DNA of 64,000 nt from a plasmid: the sequence record NZ_CP010801.1. The stretch is one strand, 5' to 3'. The position numbers and the translations under genes were made by a program. Numbering within the stretch: the stretch's first letter is position 1; the number at the start of each line of letters is the position of its first letter. Positions 10,212 through 19,393 of the stretch are shown one piece after another. The notes below the pieces were generated by a model, which saw only the letters and a program-made list of their open reading frames with translations, made no database searches and had not been told where the DNA came from.

Positions 10212-10687
10212 GCTTCGCGTGGGTGCCGATGGCCCTCATGATCTTCTTCGCCGGCCTGATTGCACAAGCATTCGACACCGCCCAGGCGGTGCCCGGGGCG
10301 GGCGCCGCCGGCCAAATGCAGGCTGTCGCTCGCGTGCGCGCGCAGCAAATCGCCGTATTCAGCTCTGCCTGCTCGCAAGCCGCAACGGCGAGTCCAGGTC
10401 TGGTATCTCCCAATATCGCAGTCGCACTGCCCAACGGGGTTGCCATTGCGCCAGGCGCTACATGCATGACCACGTCTGCGCCCGGCGGAGGGCGCTACGT
10501 CTATGCATGGATGCCGGCCAATGGAGGCACTTCCGCACAGGTCTATGCCATCACCCAAAGCGACCGGGCTTGGTGGCGCGTAACTGCCACGGGCATCGGC
10601 ACAAATATGACGGATGCACAGACGCTGGCCTTCCCGGCGAGTATCACGGCGCCTGCCATCGTGCGCTTTACCCAAGTCAACCCGTAA
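10208..10687 (+). CDS. Small membrane/periplasmic pilus protein (PilM-like)
   Basis: 159 aa. N-terminal TM (MALMIFFAGLIAQAF). Sits between the ATPase and the adhesin. Confidence 0.3.
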   Translation: MSFAWVPMALMIFFAGLIAQAFDTAQAVPGAGAAGQMQAVARVRAQQIAVFSSACSQAATASPGLVSPNIAVALPNGVAIAPGATCMTTSAPGGGRYVYAWMPANGGTSAQVYAITQSDRAWWRVTATGIGTNMTDAQTLAFPASITAPAIVRFTQVNP

Positions 10688-10697
10688 GGAATTCATT

Positions 10698-12236
10698 GTG
10701 GACGCAATCATAGGATTCATCGCCGCACTCACGCTCTCTTTGCTGAGCATGGCGGGGTTCGCAAAGTACGCCGACATGGGTGTGCGCAACATTCAGACTT
10801 CAGCGATCGCCAGCCAGGGCCGCGTCATTGACCAGGCTGCTGCGCAATATGTGCAGGACAACGCAGCTGCTCTGGCCGCGAGCGTGCCCGTAGGTGGCGC
10901 AGCCACAACGATCTCCGTGAACACACTCCAGACTGCGGGTTACTTGCCGGGCGGATTTTCGGCAAACACTGCGTTTGGCCAGACGTGGCAGGTGCAAGTC
11001 TCGCAGCCCACTGCTGGGAGGTTGCAAACCATCGTCATGACGACAGGCGGCAATCCGATCACCAACACCGCACAGCTTGCAGGCATTGCTGCGCAGATTG
11101 GGGCAGAGGGTGGTTTCGTGCCATACGCCAATCAAGGTGGTAACTCAGCAATGAGCCCATCCAACGCCAACGGCGCGTTTGGCGCGTGGCAGGTGAACCT
11201 GGGTGCGTCCGGTTTCACCAACGCCGGCTCTGGCCACGTCGCCAACCTGCTGGCCTTCACCAGTCAGCAGTCCAACGCCAACTACCTGTATCGCGTCTCG
11301 GTGCCAGGCCATCCTGAGTTGAACGCAATGCAGACCGACCTCTCGATGCAGGACGTCGGCGGAACAGCACACAACATCGCCGGCGCAAACAACGTCACGG
11401 CCGGCGGCACGGTGACCGGTGGCAAGCTTGTTTCAAACGGTGACGTGAACGCAGCTGGCAATGCCACGATCAATGGCACCCTCAGCGCTGCGGCCGGCCG
11501 CGTTACCGCCTGGAATAATGCGGCAGAGGGTGGGGTCATCACGATGCAAGGCGCCAATGGCGTCAACATGTACGTCGAGAACCTCAACGGGACTTTGCGC
11601 CTGGTCAACAGTCCCTGGAACGCGCAGCTGCTGACTGTTGACCAGTCGGGCAACACCGTGGCCAACGGCGGAGTTTCGTCGACAAACGCGCCGGGCTACG
11701 GGCAGACCACCTTGAATCAGTGGGGCCTTGCAAGCACGGGTGACATCTATGTCGAACCCGCCAACGGCCACAACCTGAATTTGAGCACTACGGCGTGGAA
11801 TGGAACCGGGCAGCTGAACAGCCAATTCGCTCAAAACTGGTTTCAGCATCGCGTCGTCGCGAATGAATATCTTCAGGTCAATGGGGGAGCCAGTCCGAAC
11901 ACGTCGTGTTCTCCGAATGGTATTGCCGCGGTGAATGCTGACGGATCCGGCCAATGGCTGAATTGCGTCTTTGGCACGTGGAAGCCGATTGGCGGCAATC
12001 TGCTGCGCTATGGCAAATACACAGCGACCCACGGGACGTACATTCCAGCGCCCTCGTGTCCTGCAGGCGGTACGGCCATGATTGTGGTCACGCCGGCCAA
12101 TTTCTCAGTCGATACAACCACGACTGTCAATTATGGCGCTTGGGGATCCGGACCTTGGACGGTGTACATCGTCGATGGCGCGTCGTCTCCACTTTGGGGT
12201 GCAACGGCCGCAGTCGGAACGTATTGCGGTTATTAA
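10698..12236 (+). CDS. pilV: PilV-like minor pilin/tip adhesin
   Basis: GTG start after RBS AAGGA. Pilin-like hydrophobic N-terminus (IIGFIAALTLSLLSMAGF) followed by about 480 aa of G/N/T-rich beta domain. Last pilin gene of the cluster. No shufflon or rci seen. Confidence 0.45.
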   Translation: MDAIIGFIAALTLSLLSMAGFAKYADMGVRNIQTSAIASQGRVIDQAAAQYVQDNAAALAASVPVGGAATTISVNTLQTAGYLPGGFSANTAFGQTWQVQVSQPTAGRLQTIVMTTGGNPITNTAQLAGIAAQIGAEGGFVPYANQGGNSAMSPSNANGAFGAWQVNLGASGFTNAGSGHVANLLAFTSQQSNANYLYRVSVPGHPELNAMQTDLSMQDVGGTAHNIAGANNVTAGGTVTGGKLVSNGDVNAAGNATINGTLSAAAGRVTAWNNAAEGGVITMQGANGVNMYVENLNGTLRLVNSPWNAQLLTVDQSGNTVANGGVSSTNAPGYGQTTLNQWGLASTGDIYVEPANGHNLNLSTTAWNGTGQLNSQFAQNWFQHRVVANEYLQVNGGASPNTSCSPNGIAAVNADGSGQWLNCVFGTWKPIGGNLLRYGKYTATHGTYIPAPSCPAGGTAMIVVTPANFSVDTTTTVNYGAWGSGPWTVYIVDGASSPLWGATAAVGTYCGY

Positions 12237-12248
12237 CGGGAGGGAAAA

Positions 12249-12872
12249 ATGAAGCGGATTTTGCGGATTCTTCTGTTGGGTCTGTTGTTGTTCGGTGCGC
12301 GCGCCGCGCTGGCCAACCCCACGCTCTGTTCGCCTGGCTATCAGGACTCGACGTGCGTCACGCCGATCAGTCACGGGGCGATTCCAGCCCCCCAGTGCTC
12401 GACCGATGCAGGATGGACTACGATTTCCAACGCAGTCTGGTTGGGGGCGCAATGGAGCCAGCCGCAGTGCAATTATCAGGCTCCGCCTGCTTGCCCGGCC
12501 GGTTACACCCAAACGAGCCCACCTTCGTGGAACGGATCGAGTTGGAGTGCGCCAGGATGTTCACCGCCGGTCGCCGCCAACCCTCAGCCGACGCTGACCT
12601 GTCTCTACGACTATAACCACAATGTTCGGTTAGCACCATATGGGAATTGCACAGCTGATGGGGGCTGTGACGGTATGGCATTGCAGGTCATGTGGGGTGG
12701 GAACGGCTTTCAGACCGTCGTATTTCAATTTTGGCCGAACGACTACACTGTGACTGACACAGACATCAACCAAGCGCTTGCCGGAACCGGTTACAGCCGC
12801 GGAGCTTTTATGGCGGGCGGCGGCGGCAACGGGAACGCGTCAGCATCCGAGTCGTGGCAGGTTTGCCACTAG
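12249..12872 (+). CDS. Cys-rich secreted protein of unknown function (pilus-cluster-associated)
   Basis: Signal peptide LLFGARAALA. Fourteen Cys in 180 aa. Followed by a strong terminator. Confidence 0.4.
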   Translation: MKRILRILLLGLLLFGARAALANPTLCSPGYQDSTCVTPISHGAIPAPQCSTDAGWTTISNAVWLGAQWSQPQCNYQAPPACPAGYTQTSPPSWNGSSWSAPGCSPPVAANPQPTLTCLYDYNHNVRLAPYGNCTADGGCDGMALQVMWGGNGFQTVVFQFWPNDYTVTDTDINQALAGTGYSRGAFMAGGGGNGNASASESWQVCH

Positions 12873-12888
12873 CGAGTGCCAGCAAGAC

Positions 12889-12921
12889 GCAAAAAAGGCC
12901 CCAATCTTGGGGCCTTTTTCC
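12889..12921. terminator. Bidirectional rho-independent terminator
   Basis: GGCCCCAATCTTGGGGCC hairpin flanked by an A-run and a T-run. Terminates the pil operon (plus strand) and the CAP lipoprotein gene (minus strand). Confidence 0.55.
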
Positions 12922-12936
12922 TTGGATGGCAGCGTG

Positions 12937-13992
12937 TCAGCCGACGATGTTACCCGTTGTGAACGTGAAGCTGCGAGTGAAAGGCGTGCCGTTGATCGTG
13001 CCGCTCAGATTCACTGAATACTGCGTATTCGGCTGCAGCGGCGACGCAGGGTATGCGACGGCCTGTTCCGGTTGAACGAGCTTGTTCGGATCGTTCGTCG
13101 AATTCAGGATCTGCAAGCTGATGACCGTTCCGGTGGTGTCGGCCATCGTCGCCGACGTCAGCAATACCTTATCGGCACCCGGATTCCCCATGACAACCAC
13201 CGGCGTACCCCAACCCGAAGCCGAGACGTTCGGTGGCGTCGGGATTTCGCCCGAAATCGACTTGTACGCTACGCCGGTCACGCCCTGGCACGGGAAGGTC
13301 AACGGGCCGTTGCTAATCGCTTGGGCCTGCGTGTTGAACAGGCTCATGCTGTCCCAGGATTGCGTGTAGGTGTAGCTGCCAGACGTCGTTTGCGTCTCGT
13401 ATTCGCCGATGCCGACAGTGTTGACCGGATATGCCGCAACAACCGAGTGGTAGACGCCCGCGAGCAGCGAATACACGAAATTCTGGCCAGCTACCTGGGC
13501 CGTGAACGAAGCGCTCGTTGTCGCATAGCCACCGCTCACGCCCACACCCAGGACGTTACTCGGGAATCCAGCCGCAACGGCGCGATCGACATACGTTGCC
13601 CCCGTATAACCCTGGTTGCTCGACACTTCGCTATCCGAGACAGCGTTGTTGAGGCCCATGTACTTGGCGTGCGCCTGCGCCGCCTGATCCAGTACCGTGT
13701 TCTCCTGCAAGGCAGGAAAACCACATTGCGTGCGGTACTGGTTCAGCTGGGTCAGTGCCGCCAGCTGCGCGCTGGAGGCCGTGTATTGGGGCGTCGTCAG
13801 CGTGCCCGTTACGGTCGTGGATGTGCCGCCGGTGCTGCCGCCCGTGCCGCCCGTGGTGGTGCCACCGGTCGTGCCGCCGGTGGAAGTGCTGCCGCTCGTG
13901 GTGCCGCCATCGCCGCCGCCACAGGCTGCCAGCGCGGTGCACAGCAGGAGTGCGCACGCGAGAGATGTGCGCTTAAAGGTAATCGTGCTCAT
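12937..13992 (-). CDS. CAP/SCP (PR-1-like) domain lipoprotein
   Basis: Lipobox LAAC plus a G/T-rich linker. The LNQYRTQCGFPALQENTVLDQAAQAHAKYM segment matches the CAP-domain N-terminal motif. Confidence 0.5.
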   Translation of the reverse strand: MSTITFKRTSLACALLLCTALAACGGGDGGTTSGSTSTGGTTGGTTTGGTGGSTGGTSTTVTGTLTTPQYTASSAQLAALTQLNQYRTQCGFPALQENTVLDQAAQAHAKYMGLNNAVSDSEVSSNQGYTGATYVDRAVAAGFPSNVLGVGVSGGYATTSASFTAQVAGQNFVYSLLAGVYHSVVAAYPVNTVGIGEYETQTTSGSYTYTQSWDSMSLFNTQAQAISNGPLTFPCQGVTGVAYKSISGEIPTPPNVSASGWGTPVVVMGNPGADKVLLTSATMADTTGTVISLQILNSTNDPNKLVQPEQAVAYPASPLQPNTQYSVNLSGTINGTPFTRSFTFTTGNIVG

Positions 13993-14036
13993 GATGCTCC
14001 TTTCTTCTTGGTGGATTGCCAGTCATGCCAGCGGCA

Positions 14037-14303
14037 TTATGCCGAAGGCTCTTGTACTTTCTTTGCGGCCTGCGCCGCCATCCCAGCCACAACTTGGGCC
14101 AGTCCCCTCTCCATCGCGTCAATGCGCTCCTCGACCGCGCTCAGCCGCTTGTCGTGCGCGGCCGGCGTATCGATCTGCTCATCCATGACTTTGCGACGCA
14201 GATATTCAGCGAGTGAAAGCCGTGCGGCTTTCGCTTGTTCGACAACCCGTTCGCGCTGCGAAGGCGTCAACAACAACAGGATTCTTTCTGTATATCGTTC
14301 CAT
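14037..14303 (-). CDS. Ribbon-helix-helix (CopG/MobC-like) DNA-binding protein
   Basis: MERYTERILLLLTPSQRERVVEQAKAARLSLAEYLRR is an RHH signature. ATG at 14303 preferred over the upstream TTG. Confidence 0.5.
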   Translation of the reverse strand: MERYTERILLLLTPSQRERVVEQAKAARLSLAEYLRRKVMDEQIDTPAAHDKRLSAVEERIDAMERGLAQVVAGMAAQAAKKVQEPSA

Positions 14304-14307
14304 GTCT

Positions 14308-14372
14308 GAATAATACCAACTCGCGCAACACAACGCAACATGCGTTGCTACAACACCACTGTACTACAGCAT
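14308..14372. promoter_or_regulatory. Palindromic operator region in a divergent promoter (CGCGCAACAC...GCAACATGCGTTGC...GTGTTGCGCG)
   Basis: Nested inverted repeats lie directly upstream of the RHH gene start. The 20-mer AATACCAACTCGCGCAACAC recurs at 61876-61895. Confidence 0.35.
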
Positions 14373-14409
14373 TTGTTGCGCGTGTTGGTCTTTTTGCTAC
14401 AATCGAACA

Positions 14410-15333
14410 ATGCAAATCCACCCCCTTACCCTCTCCGCGAACAAGTTACATATGCCGCCCCGCATGGCGGTGTCCGCGCCTCCGCCGCCACTCTCTCTCG
14501 ACGACATCGAGCGCGACGCTATGCTGCTTGAAAAGCACGAGCGAATCCGTCGCTGGCAGTGTGGAGCAGGGGGTCTTGTCGTGGGTCTTATGTTGGGAGC
14601 CGGCGGAGCAACACTCGCTTGGTGGTATTCCGCAAAGTTGACCGCCCCCACGATCAATAGCTCGTCGGCCAAGCAATCGTCGATCAAGCAGATGGCGATT
14701 CCAGCAAGCGCGGTCAGTGCGATTGCTCCGGTAGCCAGCGCAGTCATTGCTGCAACGTCTGATGCCAGCGCACCGCAAGTCGTGGCGCCAGTGTTCGCAT
14801 CGGCGGTTGTCGCCTCCGCGCAAGCTCAGCAGGGCTCAATCCAAAAAGCCTCACCTACCACGCGGCCTGCGGCTTCCGCGCCCCTCGCAGCCGCCCCCGG
14901 CGCACAACAGATGCAGGAGCTTCGTCGCATCATGCCGTTGCCTCCGTTGCCTGCTGCGGCGACCGCACCGGCGCTTCCCCTGCAGGAAAAGGCCAAGCCG
15001 GAAAGGGTGGCGGGCAGCCCCGCACACGCCGATGCTTCAAACGTCGTGCTCTACGTCGCAAAGCCCGCGGGGGAAATCACACCGGCAGCGCCCGCGCCCT
15101 CCGCTCCTGTACCACCAGCAACTTCGCAACCGGTCGGGCATGCGCCCGCCACACCAGGTTTTCGCATCGTCTCCATCCCGATGCCTGGGCTCGCGATGGT
15201 CGCGCAGGGAGAGAACGTCACGCCGGTACATGCCGGCGGCAAGCTCCCTGATGGCTCCGTCCTTGAATCCGCCGATCCGACGTCGGGTGTGGCGCGCACC
15301 AACCGCACGACCTTTACTCTCAAAGGAAAATAA
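14410..15333 (+). CDS. Ala/Pro-rich bitopic membrane protein, unknown function
   Basis: One TM (LVVGLMLGAGGATLAWWY). Long A/P-rich low-complexity region. Small beta-rich C-terminal domain. Confidence 0.35.
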   Translation: MQIHPLTLSANKLHMPPRMAVSAPPPPLSLDDIERDAMLLEKHERIRRWQCGAGGLVVGLMLGAGGATLAWWYSAKLTAPTINSSSAKQSSIKQMAIPASAVSAIAPVASAVIAATSDASAPQVVAPVFASAVVASAQAQQGSIQKASPTTRPAASAPLAAAPGAQQMQELRRIMPLPPLPAAATAPALPLQEKAKPERVAGSPAHADASNVVLYVAKPAGEITPAAPAPSAPVPPATSQPVGHAPATPGFRIVSIPMPGLAMVAQGENVTPVHAGGKLPDGSVLESADPTSGVARTNRTTFTLKGK

Positions 15334-15932
15334 TGGGCAACCTGCTCCGACATTCGTACAGCGACAATAGCCAGATCAACCCGCAATCCCACTTGCAAGA
15401 TGAGCAAGACGACGCAAACACAGATCCGCGCGCCCAGTTGATCACCGATCAGAACATCGAACGCTACCGGCAGGACGCAAGCCAATTCGCCCCTACGCAA
15501 CCACCCAAACCGATCAAGCAGGCCAAGCCGATGGCGATCGGCGTGGTCGAAGTCAATGACGCAGCTGAAGGCATCCGCACGTATATCGCCGAAGGCGACG
15601 TCATTGAGGGTGATCTTCGTCTGAAGACCTCAGGGCTTCGCTTGGCTGGACACGTCAAGGGCCGTATCTACTGCGAGAAGGGCTCAGTCATCGTTGAATC
15701 TACCGGCGTCGTTGACGGCGGCATCGAGGCCGAAGGCCGCGTTATCGTTGACGGACAGGTGGGGCACCAAAACAACATTGAAAACACCGGCGCCACGCGC
15801 CTGATCATCCGCACGCCGGGCCTACTGGCGGTGTTGGGTAACGGCAAGGTTTACGGCAATTACCACTACGGGCGTATCGCCTGCTACGACGACGCGACCA
15901 TCGAGGGGATGGGGCGCAAGGTAAGGGGCTAG
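15333..15932 (+). CDS. Bactofilin-like (beta-helical polymer-forming) protein
   Basis: Repeats of (V/I)xGx(V/I)xG spaced 8-10 aa apart (IEGDLRLKTSGLRLAGHVKGRIYCEKGSVIVESTGVVDGGIEAEGRVIVDGQV). Confidence 0.4.
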   Translation: MGNLLRHSYSDNSQINPQSHLQDEQDDANTDPRAQLITDQNIERYRQDASQFAPTQPPKPIKQAKPMAIGVVEVNDAAEGIRTYIAEGDVIEGDLRLKTSGLRLAGHVKGRIYCEKGSVIVESTGVVDGGIEAEGRVIVDGQVGHQNNIENTGATRLIIRTPGLLAVLGNGKVYGNYHYGRIACYDDATIEGMGRKVRG

Positions 15933-15935
15933 GAG

Positions 15936-16577
15936 ATGCAGCGCTGCTCGGTGCATTTCGCGGGCCGGCTGATCGATCTGGACGATCCGGGCGCGCTGGA
16001 TGTTGGCGCCATCGCTGCAACGCTCTCTCGCATCTGCCGTTTTGCCGGCAATCTGCGTGACGATCACCAGATCTCGTGGCACAGCGTCGCTGACCATTGC
16101 GTACTCACGGCGGAACTGTTGCGCCGTCGTGGGATGCCGGCCCAGACATGCTTGGCCGGCCTTTTGCACGACGCACATGAGGCACTGATCGGCGATGTCA
16201 TCACCCCCACGAAAACATGGCTTACCGGAGGCGGCTACGGCACGACCCATGCAAAGCGCAAGGAACATGATCTGGAACGCAAGGTTCTGCGCTCTCTCGG
16301 CTGCGAACCGGGCACGCAAGCAGGGGTTTTCGTCAAGCAGGCGGACGTAGAGGCGCTTCACATCGAAGTCTGCGCGCTTGGCCTGCCGCATACGTCGTTC
16401 GGGCTGCGCAGCGTGGTCCCGTTCGATCAAGCGATGCTCCGCGAGCTTGGCGTCTTGCAGCCGACCGCGCATCTGCCCATGGCCGCCGTATTCCTGGCCA
16501 GCCAACAGCGGTTTCTGAAGACCTATGCAGCCTTGCGCATGACGGGCGAGTGCGTGCCAGAGGCTGCCCATGCCTGA
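15936..16577 (+). CDS. HD-domain phosphohydrolase (YfbR-like 5'-deoxynucleotidase family)
   Basis: H...HD motif (AGLLHDAHEALIGDV) and upstream His (RICRFAGN...HSVADH). Confidence 0.55.
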   Translation: MQRCSVHFAGRLIDLDDPGALDVGAIAATLSRICRFAGNLRDDHQISWHSVADHCVLTAELLRRRGMPAQTCLAGLLHDAHEALIGDVITPTKTWLTGGGYGTTHAKRKEHDLERKVLRSLGCEPGTQAGVFVKQADVEALHIEVCALGLPHTSFGLRSVVPFDQAMLRELGVLQPTAHLPMAAVFLASQQRFLKTYAALRMTGECVPEAAHA

Positions 16578-17472
16578 CGCAAATCCTCGCGTGCTGGTCG
16601 TCGGTGCAGGACCGGCTGGGCTGACTTGCGCAAGCCATCTTGCCAAGATGGACGTGGCGGTTGACCTGGCCGAGCAAGGCCAGGCCGTCGGTGGCGCGGT
16701 TCGCCAATATGAGCACGCCGAAATCTGGGTGCCGATTCCTGGCCTGACCGCTAATTCGCTCGTTGCCGGCTTCCGCCAGGAGGCCCGCCAAGCCCGCCTG
16801 ACGCTTCTGCTGGGCCGACGCGTGACATCAATCCAGGTGCGCGAGGATTGCATCCTTGCCGATGATCAGCCGTATGCTGCCGTCGTGCTCGCCACGGGCG
16901 CTCCACCGCGCGGTTTGGAGCACGCCGGCGAGGGAGTGATCGTCGCGCCGGGCAGGGCGTTGGAATCGGTCGATGTCCGTGGTCTGCGTGTGGCGGTGTG
17001 CGGCGGCGGTGACAACGCGTTCGAAAACGCCGCCCGCATGCGGCGCGAGGGCGCAGCCTGTGTAGATGTGTTCTCTCGTGGGGATCTCCGCGCAAGACCG
17101 CAACTCATCCGTGAGGCGCTTGATCTTGGCGCACGGATTGCGGTGGGCCCGTATCGCATCGAGGGGCGACGAATCGTGCGCGCGCAGGATCCACGGAACG
17201 ACGACCAATTTGACATCGTGGCAGTGCTCTGGGGATTCGCACCGCGCCTCCCGAAGATCGAGGCGCCAGGCCTGACTGCAGGAGCCCCCCTCAAGGGCCG
17301 CCACCCACTGCCGCGCCTGTGGGTAATCGGTGACGCCCTTCCTGACGAGGAGCGATCGATCCTCGCTGCAATGGGTGATGGATCACGTGTGGCGAAGGCT
17401 GTAGAAGCCTTCCTGCACAGCGATCAATGCTGGACCGAAAAGGCATTGTCACTGGGTGCCGTCGATGCTTGA
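16570..17472 (+). CDS. FAD/NAD(P)-binding oxidoreductase (thioredoxin-reductase-like)
   Basis: GxGxxG dinucleotide fold VLVVGAGPAGL. Second Rossmann VAVCGGGDNAFENA. Confidence 0.6.
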   Translation: MPDANPRVLVVGAGPAGLTCASHLAKMDVAVDLAEQGQAVGGAVRQYEHAEIWVPIPGLTANSLVAGFRQEARQARLTLLLGRRVTSIQVREDCILADDQPYAAVVLATGAPPRGLEHAGEGVIVAPGRALESVDVRGLRVAVCGGGDNAFENAARMRREGAACVDVFSRGDLRARPQLIREALDLGARIAVGPYRIEGRRIVRAQDPRNDDQFDIVAVLWGFAPRLPKIEAPGLTAGAPLKGRHPLPRLWVIGDALPDEERSILAAMGDGSRVAKAVEAFLHSDQCWTEKALSLGAVDA

Positions 17473-18199
17473 GTTTATGATGCAGCGCGATGATGGCGTG
17501 TGCAAAGTGGAGCGCGCTGCCGTACGCCAAGCGCACTGGATGTGCGACGACATTGTGGCCGAGGCCGGAGCAGCCATAGCGGTTTTGCGCGGCGAGCCAG
17601 ATGGCTACAGGCGCGATGAGCGGCACCTTTGTCCCGTCGGGACCGTCGAGTTCTGCCGCGAGTGGATGCGCTTGACTGGCGTGGCCGAGCCGGTGCCGAT
17701 CGATTATCCCGCGTCGTTACGCGATGTGCTGGGCCGCGTCGTACAGTGCGTGCCATTTGCCGACGCGACGATCGGGGCGTGGATCAAGCCAGCGCGTACG
17801 AAGGCCTGGCTCCCGCAAGTCAAGCAATCGGATCGTGACCACCATCCTGACGAGCTTGTTTGGGAATCAGCCGTCATCCCGGAATCTGACTGGCTAGCTG
17901 AGTGGCGCGTCTACGTGCGCGATGGAGCGATCATTGGCTGCGGCAGGTACGACGATCGACCGGTGGAGAACATCGAGCTCGACGCCAAGCTCGTGGAGTC
18001 GTGGATCCAGCGCTGGGAGGCCACCGGCCGGGCACCACGCGGCTACGCACTCGATGTGGCGCGTTGGCCAAGGCAAACGGTGCTTGTAGAAGCGACCGAC
18101 GCCTGGGCAATCGGCCTGTACAAGGGAACCTGCCGGGCGGAGGGCTACACCAGGATGCTGGCCGCACGCTGGGGAGAAATAGCCAAGCAAGTCCTCTGA
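17456..18199 (+). CDS. ATP-grasp-like protein
   Basis: K/W-rich central region (WIKPARTKAW...WRVYVRDGAIIGCGRYD) resembling an ATP-grasp fold. Overlaps the upstream stop (operon). Confidence 0.35.
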   Translation: MPSMLEFMMQRDDGVCKVERAAVRQAHWMCDDIVAEAGAAIAVLRGEPDGYRRDERHLCPVGTVEFCREWMRLTGVAEPVPIDYPASLRDVLGRVVQCVPFADATIGAWIKPARTKAWLPQVKQSDRDHHPDELVWESAVIPESDWLAEWRVYVRDGAIIGCGRYDDRPVENIELDAKLVESWIQRWEATGRAPRGYALDVARWPRQTVLVEATDAWAIGLYKGTCRAEGYTRMLAARWGEIAKQVL

Positions 18200-18212
18200 A
18201 TGTTGCATTGTG

Positions 18213-18241
18213 TTGCGTCTATTGGTAATTGTGGTAAAATG
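18213..18241 (+). promoter_or_regulatory. Sigma70-like promoter for nuclease gene
   Basis: TTGCGT-N16-(TGG)TAAAAT about 25 nt upstream of RBS GGGGAG. Confidence 0.35.
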
Positions 18242-18266
18242 CCACCAACCATAGGGGAGCACAATC

Positions 18267-19130
18267 TTGAATTTCAACAACATCCGCCGTTCTCTTCGCT
18301 TCGCTCTCGCCCTGCTGGCGGCCGTTGCGCTCGGTGGCACGCTTACGCCAGGGCTGGCGCGCCAACACCATCACCAACTCTCGCTGACAGACATCTTTGG
18401 CGCACCGGCACTGTCACAAGACTGCGAGAGTAACTTCTTGCAAGGCCAGGCCCCACAGGTCACGAATCCAAAGCTGGCCGCCCAAACGCGCGAGCTTTGC
18501 AACCCCGGGTATGCCGTGCTTCATTCAGGCATCACCCGCACGCCGCTTTGGAGCGCCGAACACCTGACGCAGCCTCGTATCCGCGCTTCGATCAATCTGA
18601 GCCGCGAAGACAGCTTCCGCTCCGATGATCGTCTGCCGATGGCTGAGCGTGCCGAGCTTGACGATTACGCACGATCTGGATGGGATCGTGGGCACATGAG
18701 TCCCAACAAGGACGCACCGGACAGAACCAGCCAGTCCGCGACGTTCCTGCTGTCGAACATGATCCCGCAGGCACCCAAACACAACCAGCACCTGTGGGAA
18801 TCCATTGAACGAGCAACGCGCCAGCTGGCGCTCAATGGACATGACGTCTACGTGGTGACCGGCCCGGCATTCCTCGGGAGCCAGTTGCGTCGCACCGGAC
18901 ACGTGGCCATTCCCTCGCACGTCTGGAAGGCTGTCTACGTGGCCGACACGGGTGAAGCTGCGGTGTGGTGGACGGAGAATACCAACGAGTCCGGGTATGA
19001 TTTGATTTCGCTCGATGAGCTTGCCCGGCGCACCAGTATCGCCCCCTTTCCGGCCGCTTCTGCTGCATCTCGTGTGATGGTGGCGCGCCTGCCGAAGCCG
19101 CGGCAGCGCCATTCCAGCAACAACTTCTGA
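18267..19130 (+). CDS. Secreted non-specific DNA/RNA endonuclease (Serratia NucA / beta-beta-alpha-Me family)
   Basis: Signal peptide. Catalytic DRGHMSPN motif and the downstream N...IPQ motif. TTG start. Confidence 0.75.
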   Translation: MNFNNIRRSLRFALALLAAVALGGTLTPGLARQHHHQLSLTDIFGAPALSQDCESNFLQGQAPQVTNPKLAAQTRELCNPGYAVLHSGITRTPLWSAEHLTQPRIRASINLSREDSFRSDDRLPMAERAELDDYARSGWDRGHMSPNKDAPDRTSQSATFLLSNMIPQAPKHNQHLWESIERATRQLALNGHDVYVVTGPAFLGSQLRRTGHVAIPSHVWKAVYVADTGEAAVWWTENTNESGYDLISLDELARRTSIAPFPAASAASRVMVARLPKPRQRHSSNNF

Positions 19131-19140
19131 GGGGATCCAG

Positions 19141-19389
19141 ATGGACTACTTTGCCAACGAAAGCCAAGTGCTGCGGGTGGGTGACTTTGAATTTGCCAAC
19201 CGCACTGATCGCATTACGATCGGCGGGGGGGACATCACGCGCGACGAAGACGGCCTGAAAACGCTGCGCGCTCTGGCTGAGCAGCTGCGCCAGATCGAAG
19301 CGGCGCTGACCGTCGATCGCGACAAAGGCCAACTGCCCAAGAAGATCGCGATCAAGGCTGATACGAGCGAGGCCAATCCCTTCAACTGA
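19141..19389 (+). CDS. Small acidic protein, possible nuclease inhibitor/immunity
   Basis: 82 aa. Starts 11 nt after the nuclease stop. Not a secreted protein. Confidence 0.25.
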   Translation: MDYFANESQVLRVGDFEFANRTDRITIGGGDITRDEDGLKTLRALAEQLRQIEAALTVDRDKGQLPKKIAIKADTSEANPFN

Positions 19390-19393
19390 AATA

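Noticed and set aside
13072-14313. 413-aa plus-strand ORF
   Set aside because: It is antisense to the CAP-domain lipoprotein and RHH genes, has Arg-rich low-complexity composition and no motif.
15822-16853. 343-aa minus-strand ORF
   Set aside because: It overlaps the HD hydrolase and oxidoreductase genes, which carry clear catalytic motifs on the plus strand.
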